A DNA stretch of 40,790 nt from Trichomonas gallinae. Its lineage: Eukaryota. Below, one piece after another: positions 20,397 through 32,000 of the stretch. Both the position numbers and the translations under genes were made by a program. Every line of letters begins with the position of its first letter. Position 1 is the stretch's first letter. The notes beneath the pieces are model-generated. The model was given only the letters and a program-made list of their open reading frames with translations. It was not told the origin of the DNA and ran no database searches. The stretch spans positions 1 to 40,790 of the forward strand of contig MRSU01001956.1 in NCBI GenBank assembly GCA_008369845.1, given 5' to 3'.

Positions 20397-21622
20397 CAGA
20401 ATTTCATTTATATCGTTATTTTTTATCGAAAAAACCACTTATTTAGCATATATTTTTTATGTTATAGCTATTTTTATCATTAAAATTCAGCTTTGTTAAT
20501 ATTTTTCTTGGAATTTATTTCATTTTTTGTTTTTAATCATTATAATTCATTTCATCCCATCACATTTATTCACACGAATAATACTTTCAATTCCAAAACA
20601 TTCATTTGCTATATCATTCCTCATTTATTTCACTATATTATTAAATCGATTCTATTTCTTCAGCATCATGTTATTAAGTATTATCACTAGGGAGAAAGAT
20701 GTTTATTGGTATTTATATAGTCATTGTATCTATGCCGAGCAGATTTATCTTCTAGTCTTCAAGAAGTATAACCTGCGAAATGTGCTCATAATACAAAAAA
20801 ATTAAAATTCAAAAAATATTTAAAAATTATGCTCCATTAGATATTGTAGTGCTTTGTGTGGCGAGAAATGAATTTGAATATAGTTTATGAAATGTCAAAT
20901 CTGACTCCTAATCAAAATAAATGCGAAATATTTTGTATATAAACTCGCTACAACTAGATTAAGGCATCTATAGCAATTTCACTTCGAAAACGTTATAAAA
21001 AATAATTTTTTTTCGATTGACATATTTTCCATTGATATGAATCCTGCGGGATATATCATAGGAGTGTTCACAGCCTATATATATAGATCGTTATATATTT
21101 ATCCGTCAATTTGAGACATTTATGAATTAATTTCAAAAAACAAATACAAAAAATTGAGATAAATCAATGTGATGCTGTGAAATAGATCAGCCAGCCAGAG
21201 ATGCCCAACATGTCCGGTCTCGATTATTTATAATTCATTTATAGCTGACCAAAAATCGTTAACCTTGGAAAAAAAAGAATTATGAAGGGTTTGAAATTTT
21301 TATGAAGGAGTTTTCAAAAAATATTTTTTCAAAAAAAGGTTAATTCGATTTTTCCATATTTAAATCCCATATCATATATATTTTCTATTTCATTAAAAAT
21401 TAGTGATTTTTTGATTTTGGATTTGTGATTTTTTGATACATGAAACTTAAAAAACAAATATTTATAAAACACTCAGTGAATAAAAACAAAATATGAAATA
21501 AAGAATGATGGAGCAAAAGAATAAAAATGTTGCTAATTAAATGATCAACATGGTACAGTTTATATAATAAGATCAACCGTATTTGACCTAACTCTCACTT
21601 ACTGCGGGATCTTATAGATACC

Positions 21623-22135
21623 TCATGCACCGAAATACAAAATATCCAAATTTCTTTCCTCAAAAACAGACATAATCTCATCTAATTGGATTGATGCTGG
21701 TTTTCCTCCTTGAATGAAAAGTATATCTTTAGGTTTTTCTGGGATGATTTCTTCTTTAACTGATGGAATAATCGATTTCACTGATTTATCACGCGACTTC
21801 TTAGATTGTAAGATATGGAATTTGTTTTTAATTTGACTATCATTTCTTCCCTTAAAGTGTTTAGCTATCTGTGTCCATTTGTGATTGAGTTGTGCTACTA
21901 ATTGTAATAATAACTCTTCTTCTTCAGGAGTCCATGGCCCATTATTAACATTTGGTGATAGGTAACGTGTCCAACGATCCTTGCATTGTCTCTTATTTCT
22001 TCCAGGCATGTAACTCGCAATAAGTTTCCAATCATTTTCTCCGTACTTGTGTATTAAGTCTGTAAGCTTCTTATCCTCTTTGGCACTGAACCTACAATTG
22101 ACTTTGTTCTTTGATATGTAGGAGTATGCTTCCAT
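21623..22135 (-). CDS. R2R3 Myb-like DNA-binding protein
   Basis: FSAKEDKKL...WKLIASYMPGRNKRQCKDRWTRYLSP and WTPEEEELL...WTQIAKHFKGRNDSQIKNKF; Inr TCATT at 22147-22143. Confidence 0.93.
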   Translation of the reverse strand: MEAYSYISKNKVNCRFSAKEDKKLTDLIHKYGENDWKLIASYMPGRNKRQCKDRWTRYLSPNVNNGPWTPEEEELLLQLVAQLNHKWTQIAKHFKGRNDSQIKNKFHILQSKKSRDKSVKSIIPSVKEEIIPEKPKDILFIQGGKPASIQLDEIMSVFEERNLDILYFGA

Positions 22136-23438
22136 ATTAAAAAATGAATAGATTATTGTTTGTGAGAAATAACGATTATATTTTATTGAATTTTTTCAGT
22201 CCTCCACACAAATTTTTGACATAAGAAAAAATTCAGAAATTCACTCAAAATTGATGGACCAACCATGATATTATAAGTGCACTATGTCACAATTCTAAAT
22301 ATCAAAAATGGGAAATAATTTTGCATAAAATCGGATTTTTGTGAGAGCTCATTCAATTTCCTTTTGATGGGTGAGACAGTATATATATTTACCATCCTAG
22401 ATAACATTTTCGAAATAAAAATTGTAAGCAGAAAATCTTCTCAAATGCATAAAAATTTAGAATAATAACGTGCTCACTAAAAATATTCCTTATTTATTGG
22501 TTAATAGCAAAAACGCGATTTGAAAAATTTCTTTCAAAAAAACAAGTTATGGTAACAACACGATCCTCACTATCGTGTGCAAGATTTGATGGAGTGATGC
22601 ATAAAAAATTATAAATAACTCTCACAAATACAACACTTAGAATTTTTTCAAAACTGTAGTAGTAAAATCACAGGTGATGATAGTACTTAAATATATTTTA
22701 CTATTTGGTGTTTGCAATCTATTGACAAGGAGTATTACGGACGCTATCGAATTTTGAGTTTTTAATATCCTGATTAATCTTACATTTTGATCAAATCAAA
22801 GGAAAATTATTATGTCTAGCTTGAGTTGTAGATAATTTTGTTTTGGAGAAGATAAAAAATTGCTCTTCTCAAAATCTGCTTCAATTTTTTCTCAGACTTC
22901 GCATTTCATCGAATACTTGCGATTCCAATAAGACATGCAATCATTGTTGATCAAATATAACTATTAATCAATCCGATATCAAAATCTTGATGGAAAACAG
23001 TTCGAAAAAACAAGTCACATAATACATATTTATGCTTCTTTGTCCGATATTCATCTTTTTACGGGCATAAGTTTATGGAAAACTGGAATCAGCCACATTA
23101 TTTCTACTCTTTTCTTATAATTGCAATGCACATTATTACTATATTCGAAATTTTAGTTTTAAAATCTATTTCTTAGAATTCTCGAATCTGTGAAATATCA
23201 AGGCTGGAGTCAATCACTTAGTTATGCATTGGATGAGATACATCTTATATAACTAATTACGGTTTTAATGATATTTTTAAGATCCGATGTTTACTTTCTA
23301 ATGATATTTTGCGAATAGTCAAAAATTGCTACTGTTCTTTTGTTATTCAAAATATAAAGAGAAATATGATATCCAATTAATAAACAACAATTTATAAACA
23401 AACATATATATAAAAAACAAAATAATTAAAATTAATTT

Positions 23439-26400
23439 TCATGGAAAACCTCTATAAGACTTTCTAGTCTTCTTCTCATGAACATGACTGAAAATCTTAA
23501 CAAGGCTTCCATATCTTGTCCGTCCAATACTGGTCGCAGGATTAATAATTTTTGGTCTCGGAGATAAAACGGGCTCAGTAGCAGCAGCTGTTGATGCCAA
23601 AGTGTTAAACATCTCAGTTCTCTGCCTCACAGATGGTGAAGAAGGCCTTCCACGGCCGCCGGACGGAGATGATGGTGGATAAACTCTCGATGAAGCGGGA
23701 ATCTGTTCATCCGGCGGCGGAATTGCAAAATTCGGCTCAGAGCGTCTTAATTCTATATAAGGAGGTACTTCTATGAGTGGCGGTGGATCTTCTTTGAGTG
23801 GAAGAACTGTGACGATGTCATCGTCATTTTCATATCTATCCAGTGTGTCGATGTTGACACTTTTTGGTTTAGCGATGACAAAATGTTTAGAATTTTCATC
23901 GAGATCGCCAAGATATGACTGCATCGTTTCATTGATTTCAACCTGATTGAAACAAGACAAGCGTTTCATGATTTCAAGATTTTCAGGCCGTTGATCTGTC
24001 AGCATCCTTTGTATCGTTGCTTTATCGAAATACAACGATGGAGCTAAGTGATCGACAGCATTATGGTCTGGAGATACTGGCTCTTTTTCTCTGAGAATAA
24101 CACGTCTTGGGCTTCTATCTCTAATAGAAACGTTTGGATATAAAGTCGACGCGTCAAATTCTCCTGTTTTAGTCTTGAAATTTGAGCTTTGATATTCATT
24201 GATGTTTCTCGATTCAGATGCAAGATTATCATCATTGTCATTTCTCCTTCGTGCGCTTAATCGTCCTAGAATATCATCGCCGTCACTTTTGCCAGTATTT
24301 TTGCTTTTATCGTTATAAAGATTTGACTTTTCATTAGTATTCGATTTCTTTGATTTTCTTCCTTTCTTTTTCTTTGCTTTTCCATTATCTATTCCACTGC
24401 CTTTCTTCTTCACTTTATCATCATCATCGCTGTCATCATGTGAATCATGCAAACCTTTCCCATTTGTTGCATTTCCTTTGCCTAATTTTTTGTTTGCTAA
24501 ATTATTAGAATTATTCAACGATGAAACATCATATTTGTTATTATTACTGTCTGATGTCTTGTTGTAGCGTGATGACGGTTGTTGTAGGCCGGTTTTGAGA
24601 GTTTTGCGATTAATACTTGACTTTGAGTCGTTTTTAGAAATACCTATTCCTCCATCCAAGTCATTTCCTCCTGATTTTAATTTATGTGAATCAAAATCAT
24701 CATCTTTGTTTCCTTTTGAACCTTTCTTCTTTTTAGAGTTTTCATCATCATCACTATCATCATCTCCTTCACCTTTTCCTTTCTTTTTAGAAATGTTTTC
24801 ATCATCACCATCTTTCTTATTGTTTTTGTCACTACTTTGACTCGTTTGACTTTTCCGACGACGTTTTAATCTGAGATATTCTTCATCCTCTTCTTCATCA
24901 TCAGTTGTATATTCTCCATTTTCTCCTTTCTTGTTCTTAGAGTTTTCATTTTTATTATTTCCATTATCATTTTGATTTTGGCTGCTTAGGTTTATATTAA
25001 CTTGATTTGAGCGATCTCCCATCAATGCTTTCATTTCTTCAAGTGCAGCACGTTCTTCTGCTGACATTTCTCCTTTCTTTATATCGCCTTTTTTGACGGT
25101 GACTTCTCTGATTTCAGGAATTTCGTTGCTCCATTTTTCGTTTTGAAGTTTTTGTTCTTCGAGCATTTTTCTCATCCTTTCTTGTTCTTCTCTTTCTTTT
25201 TGAGCACGGACAGATATACTGAACAAGAATCCCATATCTTCCTCTTCACAATTATCATTTTCATCTAAAAGCATCAAACCTCCATCGAACGTTTCTTTCT
25301 TTTTATCAAAATTGTCAAAAAGAGAATCTTCAGGATCAACATTTTGTCCGAATAAACTTTTTCCGTTGATAATCATTATCTCGCTTTCAGTGCCAACCAA
25401 CAAGCCTCTCCTTCCGTTTAAAAAGGCAACAGAGTTGATTGGAAGCGGTAGTTTTATTTGAATGACAACTTCAGCGTTGTCCATCGTCCAAATCAAAACA
25501 GTACCATCCATGCCACTTGACACGAAGAAAGAGTGGCCGCTGGTTAATCCAGTAACTCTTCCAATGTGAAGGGGACGACTCTTCGCGTGCAAACAAATCA
25601 TTTTTTCAGGCATAATCCTGTAAATCATGAAACTTCCATTTTCATATCCGTAAACTAACAAGTCCCCTAAAACTGCACCAATACAACCGTTTTCGAATGG
25701 ATAATCTTCAGTTTTCAGGCCGGTTGTTGAGTTATATCTGGCTGTCTTATGCTCATAAACGACAAATATTGACTCAGTTTTATCGTGATGATAAATGTTT
25801 TCGACTTTGAATCTGTCGAGTCCGAATCTTTTGAAAAATTGCAGCTTGTCATATGTATAAGCTAAAATATCACCACTGGTTGTTCCAATTAACAAACACC
25901 ACTTTCCCATATACATAGATAACGTACAACATGTGCCTTTGTTATCTAGTGTGACAACTGGTTCCAAAAGCGGCTGATTCGTTCCGAAAATTGCAGTTTT
26001 TCCGTTATCGAATGTAACAAACAGCTGATCTCTTGATGCGACGTTAAGCATGCCTCTGTCTGGTAGTATACAAGTGGGAAAGCCAACTTCACGCGCATGA
26101 CACAATGTTAGAAGTTTCCTTGAAACTGGTGAGAAAAATTGGATTGAAGCATCACTCAATAAAACGCCAATTCTTGCTGCTCCATTTGCTCTTGGAGATC
26201 TTAGGATTAACTGTGGTTTCGTTGCTGTTCTCTTCCATAGATGCCAGGGAATGATAACTCTGTAGACTTTGAGTGCGTTTTGCGCGCAAATAATTACTCT
26301 CGTTGGCAAACCTGGCGATCTATCGAAGAAAATGTGGTCAGGGCGTGGATACACTTTGATCATAGGAAAGTATCTTTCAGTCTTGATGTCTATAATAGAC

Positions 26401-27197
26401 AAAAACATTGTGGAATCATACGAAATAATGAATTCGTTCGTCATTTTGAAGGCGACAAAAATTGGAGTTGAAATACACGTATAGTGATGCATCATTCGCC
26501 CGTGCTTGTTCCATAGGCAGAGGCCTTGGTCTGCATCGCTTGTCAGTGCTTTGTTGTTCTTTTCGTTGTAAAGATAAAGAGTAAATTTATCTGAATTTAA
26601 AGTTACGGGAGAACCTTTCATTTCACCATCAAGGGAATATATCTGGAGTCCTTCTTTGAGTGGAATAACTATTTGGCTCTTTTTCTCGATCCAACACGGA
26701 TTACTTAATACGTTTGCTCTATAACCGAGAGCAAAGTGTTTAAGGAATGTAACTTTAGCCCATATGTCGTATTTAGCAATTCTATCCATTTTTGGAACCA
26801 TTTCAATCAACCATGTTGATATTCCAATTCCGAATGAAATGAGAGTCCTATTTCTTTCTGACCATATCATGTGACAAATACCCACCTGATCAACATTCAC
26901 ATCTTTTAAGATAGGTTCGTTCATTTGATCAGCGAAATAAATTGACATTTTCGTTGGTGGTGGAGATATAATGATAATTGCATCATAATGCTTTAAGTAT
27001 GTAACGCACACAGATGGAATATCGTATGATTTTTTGATCTTATCACGCTCGAATTTGATCATTTGTTTTGGTGCTGCTGCCAAATACTCGTAATCGTTTA
27101 TTCTCATCACAGAATGGAAGCACATGCTCCCCTTAGATACAGTGAAGTCTTCAAAGATGCCAAAGTCAATCTCTTTGACATCTTCCAATTCATTCAT
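23439..27197 (-). CDS. WD40-repeat protein with long charged, low-complexity C-terminal half (possibly WDR87/WDR97-like)
   Basis: WD-type segments (ALTSDADQGLCLWN, HIGRVTGL...FVSSGMDGTVLIWT, SVAFLNGRRGLLVG), K/D/N/S-rich tail, Pro-rich end; ATG at 27197. Confidence 0.8.
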   Translation of the reverse strand: MNELEDVKEIDFGIFEDFTVSKGSMCFHSVMRINDYEYLAAAPKQMIKFERDKIKKSYDIPSVCVTYLKHYDAIIIISPPPTKMSIYFADQMNEPILKDVNVDQVGICHMIWSERNRTLISFGIGISTWLIEMVPKMDRIAKYDIWAKVTFLKHFALGYRANVLSNPCWIEKKSQIVIPLKEGLQIYSLDGEMKGSPVTLNSDKFTLYLYNEKNNKALTSDADQGLCLWNKHGRMMHHYTCISTPIFVAFKMTNEFIISYDSTMFLSIIDIKTERYFPMIKVYPRPDHIFFDRSPGLPTRVIICAQNALKVYRVIIPWHLWKRTATKPQLILRSPRANGAARIGVLLSDASIQFFSPVSRKLLTLCHAREVGFPTCILPDRGMLNVASRDQLFVTFDNGKTAIFGTNQPLLEPVVTLDNKGTCCTLSMYMGKWCLLIGTTSGDILAYTYDKLQFFKRFGLDRFKVENIYHHDKTESIFVVYEHKTARYNSTTGLKTEDYPFENGCIGAVLGDLLVYGYENGSFMIYRIMPEKMICLHAKSRPLHIGRVTGLTSGHSFFVSSGMDGTVLIWTMDNAEVVIQIKLPLPINSVAFLNGRRGLLVGTESEIMIINGKSLFGQNVDPEDSLFDNFDKKKETFDGGLMLLDENDNCEEEDMGFLFSISVRAQKEREEQERMRKMLEEQKLQNEKWSNEIPEIREVTVKKGDIKKGEMSAEERAALEEMKALMGDRSNQVNINLSSQNQNDNGNNKNENSKNKKGENGEYTTDDEEEDEEYLRLKRRRKSQTSQSSDKNNKKDGDDENISKKKGKGEGDDDSDDDENSKKKKGSKGNKDDDFDSHKLKSGGNDLDGGIGISKNDSKSSINRKTLKTGLQQPSSRYNKTSDSNNNKYDVSSLNNSNNLANKKLGKGNATNGKGLHDSHDDSDDDDKVKKKGSGIDNGKAKKKKGRKSKKSNTNEKSNLYNDKSKNTGKSDGDDILGRLSARRRNDNDDNLASESRNINEYQSSNFKTKTGEFDASTLYPNVSIRDRSPRRVILREKEPVSPDHNAVDHLAPSLYFDKATIQRMLTDQRPENLEIMKRLSCFNQVEINETMQSYLGDLDENSKHFVIAKPKSVNIDTLDRYENDDDIVTVLPLKEDPPPLIEVPPYIELRRSEPNFAIPPPDEQIPASSRVYPPSSPSGGRGRPSSPSVRQRTEMFNTLASTAAATEPVLSPRPKIINPATSIGRTRYGSLVKIFSHVHEKKTRKSYRGFP

Positions 27198-27571
27198 CAA
27201 TTTTCTTACAAAAGAATATTTTTTTTTTCAAATGAGATTTACTCACCTTTGTACACTACAGACACAAATAATATCACACACAAAATATCAACGATTTTTA
27301 CTTTATTGTTGAAAATTAACGAATAACTTTTACATTGGCTGTTTTAGTTAGTCACATAATAAAACGCTAAATATACTTTTTCATTTCACAAAAGATATGG
27401 ACCCATTAGACATGAATTTTTATTTTTTATAAAAAATTTCTTTTTTAACATCAAGTGTATATGAATCTTTCATTAATTGGTACATTTCAAATGGAAAACC
27501 AATATTACTGATAATAAATAAGCATATGTTAAAAATATATTTTTTGTATGATAGATCTAACAAACATTTTA

Positions 27572-28120
27572 TTAATATCTTCTTGTATAATTTGAATTAG
27601 GTTTGAATTTTCTTCCATTGAAATTATTTGGATCCTTTCTAAAATTATTATTATTATCATTATTTCTATTATTATCATCTTGAGGATTTGTTTTCGGATT
27701 ATTGTATTGACTTTTATTATTTTGGAGTGGTTGTGTTGTAATTCTTGAGATTGGTGTTCCAGATGTAGTAAATTCGAAACCTGGTTCATCAACTTCTTTG
27801 ATTTTTAACGGTGAATGCTGCATTTTATTGATATTATTTCTAAAATCGACCAAAGAATCTGGCTCTGAACTAATTTTAAATCCAGTTATAGGAATTGGCT
27901 TGATTTCTTCTTGTATTTCTATGAATTGGAATACATCTTCGTCTTCCTGCGGCTCTTCTTGCATAGTTGAATTTTGCTCTTCGTAATATGATTCTTCGAT
28001 AAATTGCTGAGCGGAATTACTGATCTCGGGTACAATATCTTCAATTTTTTCGCTGAACTGTTTATCCATTGCTTCAAAAAATAAACCATACCGCTCCCTA
28101 AGTATCTCTAGTCGATCCAT
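27572..28120 (-). CDS. Hypothetical protein (182 aa), acidic middle and Asn-rich C-terminus
   Basis: ATG-initiated ORF with protein-like composition; no family recognised. Confidence 0.7.
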   Translation of the reverse strand: MDRLEILRERYGLFFEAMDKQFSEKIEDIVPEISNSAQQFIEESYYEEQNSTMQEEPQEDEDVFQFIEIQEEIKPIPITGFKISSEPDSLVDFRNNINKMQHSPLKIKEVDEPGFEFTTSGTPISRITTQPLQNNKSQYNNPKTNPQDDNNRNNDNNNNFRKDPNNFNGRKFKPNSNYTRRY

Positions 28121-28779
28121 TTGTTTTTTGGAATGTAAATCATTTACATGTCAAAATTATATCCAAAAATAAAACTTATCAGCATAAACAAGATCATCTG
28201 AATCTTTTTCTGCGGATGAAAAATTATCAGCGGATAAATCATTTTATAAGCACATGTATGTACTTATGTATATAATTTAAATTCATAACTTTAATTCAAT
28301 TTTGAGAGCTACAGCAAGTGAAGACTTTTGAGTTTAATACAATGCTCAAGAATTGAACTATGATAATAAATGCAAAATTATTTATAATTGAAATAATTGA
28401 TGTAAAATTTAAAACATGATATGATAGTAATATATTTATTGAGATATAAACATTTTGAATTTTTTTTTGTGAAAAAACTCCACCTTTTCCAAATGTTATA
28501 ATGCAAAAAGTGAAACCAACAGTCTAAACAATATACAGTGGATAAAGTTTGAAAAAAGATTAGCTTACAAAATTATTTCTATCGTTCATATTTTCAATAG
28601 TTTATGTATTGTTATTTCTTGAAATTTATTTTTATTTATTGACATTTATTGTTATTTTCTTTTGGTATTTTCAATAGTTTATTTTTTTTTGTGAATTTCT
28701 GATAATATTTTGAATAAGTGTGGAAAATACATTCGATAAAAATCAATAACGCAAATATTTTAAACTACAAATCGAAAGA

Positions 28780-28918
28780 AAAATGTGACATTATCAAAAC
28801 GTGACACAGAAAATTAGATGAATAAAATTGGATAAAAAATAGATAAACAATAAATTGAAAGAAAAATATGATATCGTAAAACATGACAAATCAAAATGTG
28901 ACATGCAAAAACGTGACA
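28780..28918. promoter_or_regulatory. Array of AAAA(C/T)(G/A)TGACA motifs upstream of TOR
   Basis: Copies at 28780, 28796, 28878, 28893, 28908 and a variant at 28863; 15-16 bp spacing within clusters. Confidence 0.55.
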
Positions 28919-29036
28919 AATAAAAATAGAAAAATAAGATTAGATACGGAAAGAGACAAACAAGCTGACAATGAAATCAAAAAATTAAAAACCGATTAAT
29001 GTTGAAAAAAACCGTCTTTTTTTTCCTCAGATAATT

Positions 29037-32000
29037 ATGGATATAAATAAGCTTTCGAATTTTTTTTCTTTTTCGCCTAACAATGAAACAGCGACTCCTG
29101 TTAAACAGTTTAGGCAAGACACTATCGAATACTATATAAGTAAGATCCAAATTGATCTTCAAAACGGATTATCACCTCAATCTTCCGGATCTCTCCAAAA
29201 TTTCGTAACATTTATCACATCAAAACACGCAGCTTACGTCCAGAAGAACGAGGAATCGTTTTTCCTTAATGAGCTTTTCTCGGTAGTTTCTCTTACTCAT
29301 CTTGAATACAACTTATTTCTTTACTTGACGCTCGTTTCATCGCTTACAAACATCGACCTCGGCGATAAAGTAGCCAAAGCAAACAGAATTGCTCGCGATA
29401 TCATAAATATTCCGCCAGATCCAAATCCAAAAAATTTCGTTTTGCTTAGGAAAATCCTAATTTACCTTGACAGAATTCTCGAGCAGGCATCTCAAATGAT
29501 TTTCCAGCCATTGCTTAAAAATGTCACGGCTTGGGTCATTAAACCTGATACGCAGAGTGTCATAGCAGGATATAGACTGCTTTCTTTGATTTGCGAGCTA
29601 TTCAATGAATTTATACAAACAATGGAATCGAAATTACAGTCAATTATTAGCTATTCATTACAAATTCCCGGCCCAGAAATTCGAGAAACCGTAAATGACA
29701 TTATTACTATCACTTTCCAGAGGGAGGACCCAAAGAAACCCTTCAGTTTCAATATTTTCGCGACAAAAATCATGGCACAATTGACAAAATCAATTTGGAG
29801 GTATTTTCCAGGATCTATCTCTTGCGCAGAGAGAATTATTGAGCTACGCTCACACTATATTGAAAAATTCAAGTTTTCTTATCTACCGCTTGAAAATTTA
29901 AACGTGAAAGAAAATGAAGGAAAGATTGCGACACTTCTCCTTTTGCCTTTCATTGCAATTACGACACCAGAATTATTTACTGATGATGCATTAAAACAAC
30001 TTTTCAAATTACTTCACCCAATGCATAAAAAGAAACACGAATTACGCAAAGAAGCAGCATTTTCACTTGGTAAGCTTATATTCGCATTGGGTAATTCTGT
30101 AAAGAAGTTCAAGAAAGAATTAGATTACGCTTACTCGCATATTAAAGATTATGTAGTATTCCCAGAGGTTGTTTATTGCATTGCAGCTCTCACAGCTGCA
30201 GAAATTTGCAAGTTTGAGGCATTTCAATCATTTGTTTTCACAGTTCCATTAAATCAAATTACAATCGATGCTATTCAGAAATTGGCAAAAGTTTTGCCCG
30301 AGCAAACACAAAATCTTCACTCACGATATCTGTACCACATCAATACAATACTCGGAAACAACGATGCCAGCCCAGGAGATATAATTATCGCTATTAAAGG
30401 TATCAAACAACTCGAAATTCCATGCAGCCTTATCGCAAATAACTTCATGGTATCATGCTCTCGACATCTCTTCAATTCAAGCCTCGAAGTTAGAATTCAT
30501 ACACTCGAATTCATTTTACGTTATCAAAATGAGAAACCATCAACCGAAATTATTTACAGAATATTCTCCTACATGACATTTGAGCAGGATGAAGACACAA
30601 GAAGAAGCGTTTTCCCAAGATTAAACATGCAACCATTAAATCCAGATTTTTGCCTTATATTATCTACATTCTTACACGACCAATGCGTTGATGTTAAGAT
30701 CGGAGCATTGTCTTTCTTACTCAAATTAGCTAAATATCAAGCTGCAATTGATATTCTTACTCAATACTTCCAAATCATCATGGAAGACATTGAGCATGGC
30801 GAAGTTAATGGAGTCAACGCTAAATTATTCCTAATTTTGGCTCAATTTGCAAAAGATAATTCATCTCTTGCTCAATTGCTCGAACAATTCGCTTCTAAGC
30901 TTATATCTAGCTTCCTTAATAAGAGGCAGAAACAATCTTCATCCGCTTTGAAGTTATTATCTTTAATTATTCCAATTTCACCAGAATCAGTTACAATAAG
31001 TCAATTAGTTTATCACATAGATAATGGTCTTTCAGTCCATTCGTCTGCGAAACGTCTATCTTCAGCAATTGATTTGCTGATCGTCGGTCTTCGTTACACA
31101 GACCTTAACCAAACAATATATAATGAACACATCAGTCTGCATAGCCATCTCTTAGCAGCTTCTGCTCGTCCAGCAGCAAAAGACAGTCATCAAAAGATTT
31201 TACGAGCTTTGATGCTCGTTGGACCAATTAAGAACCCTAACTACAGATTAGAATCCAAATCAACACCATTGACAGCACGTTACATTGTAGAATCAGAAGA
31301 AACAAATCCAATGAAAATGATTTTGAGCGCAAGCGTTTCAGTTGTCGTTAGTCTCATTCTAGACGTTCTTATAAATGACGACATGTTCTCTCTTCACCCA
31401 GCTGCCATTGAAGTTTTAATAACAATTATGAAAGTTAACAGAATTTTCTCTGATGACTTATCATCACAGCTCATCCATACAATATCTGAGCTATTTACAG
31501 CATCGCATCTTGCAACAGCTTCAATTTTAATCGCAAATATTTCAACAATCATGACAGTTCTTGGCGATAAGTTTGCTCCAATGATCCATAAGTCCATTGA
31601 CCTCGTCATGGAAGTTTGGGGCCGCATGGACAACCTGCATCTCGTCAGAATGTGCGAATGGATGTTTATGACAGTCCAAGAACCTTTCCTCACCCACTTG
31701 CACAGACTATGCAAATTCTTCTGCGATAAACTAACGACAGATGACTTAAGAACAACAATGGCAATTTTGAGCGCATTTGTAACATTCGGAGAAACAGTCA
31801 GAACAGTTGCCATTACCATTATCCCAGCCTATTTGAAATTTCTCCGCCAGATGGTTGACCAAGAAGTCATCATGGACGACGCATTAGACAGATTCAGAAC
31901 AGTTTTAGCCAATTCTGATCCAAAAACATTCTTCGTTCCAGTCACAAGGATGATGACAGAGATTACTAGGATCAGACCGAGCACACACGACAGATGCTGC

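Noticed and set aside
19796..20446. 216-aa ORF antisense to ARF1
   Set aside because: Mirror ORF of a codon-biased conserved gene; no independent protein features
20493..20805. Short I/F/L-rich ORFs
   Set aside because: Non-ATG starts and composition expected from AT-rich intergenic DNA
22558..22578. Hairpin ACACGAT-N7-ATCGTGT
   Set aside because: A single 7-bp stem is expected by chance in 40 kb; no other ncRNA features
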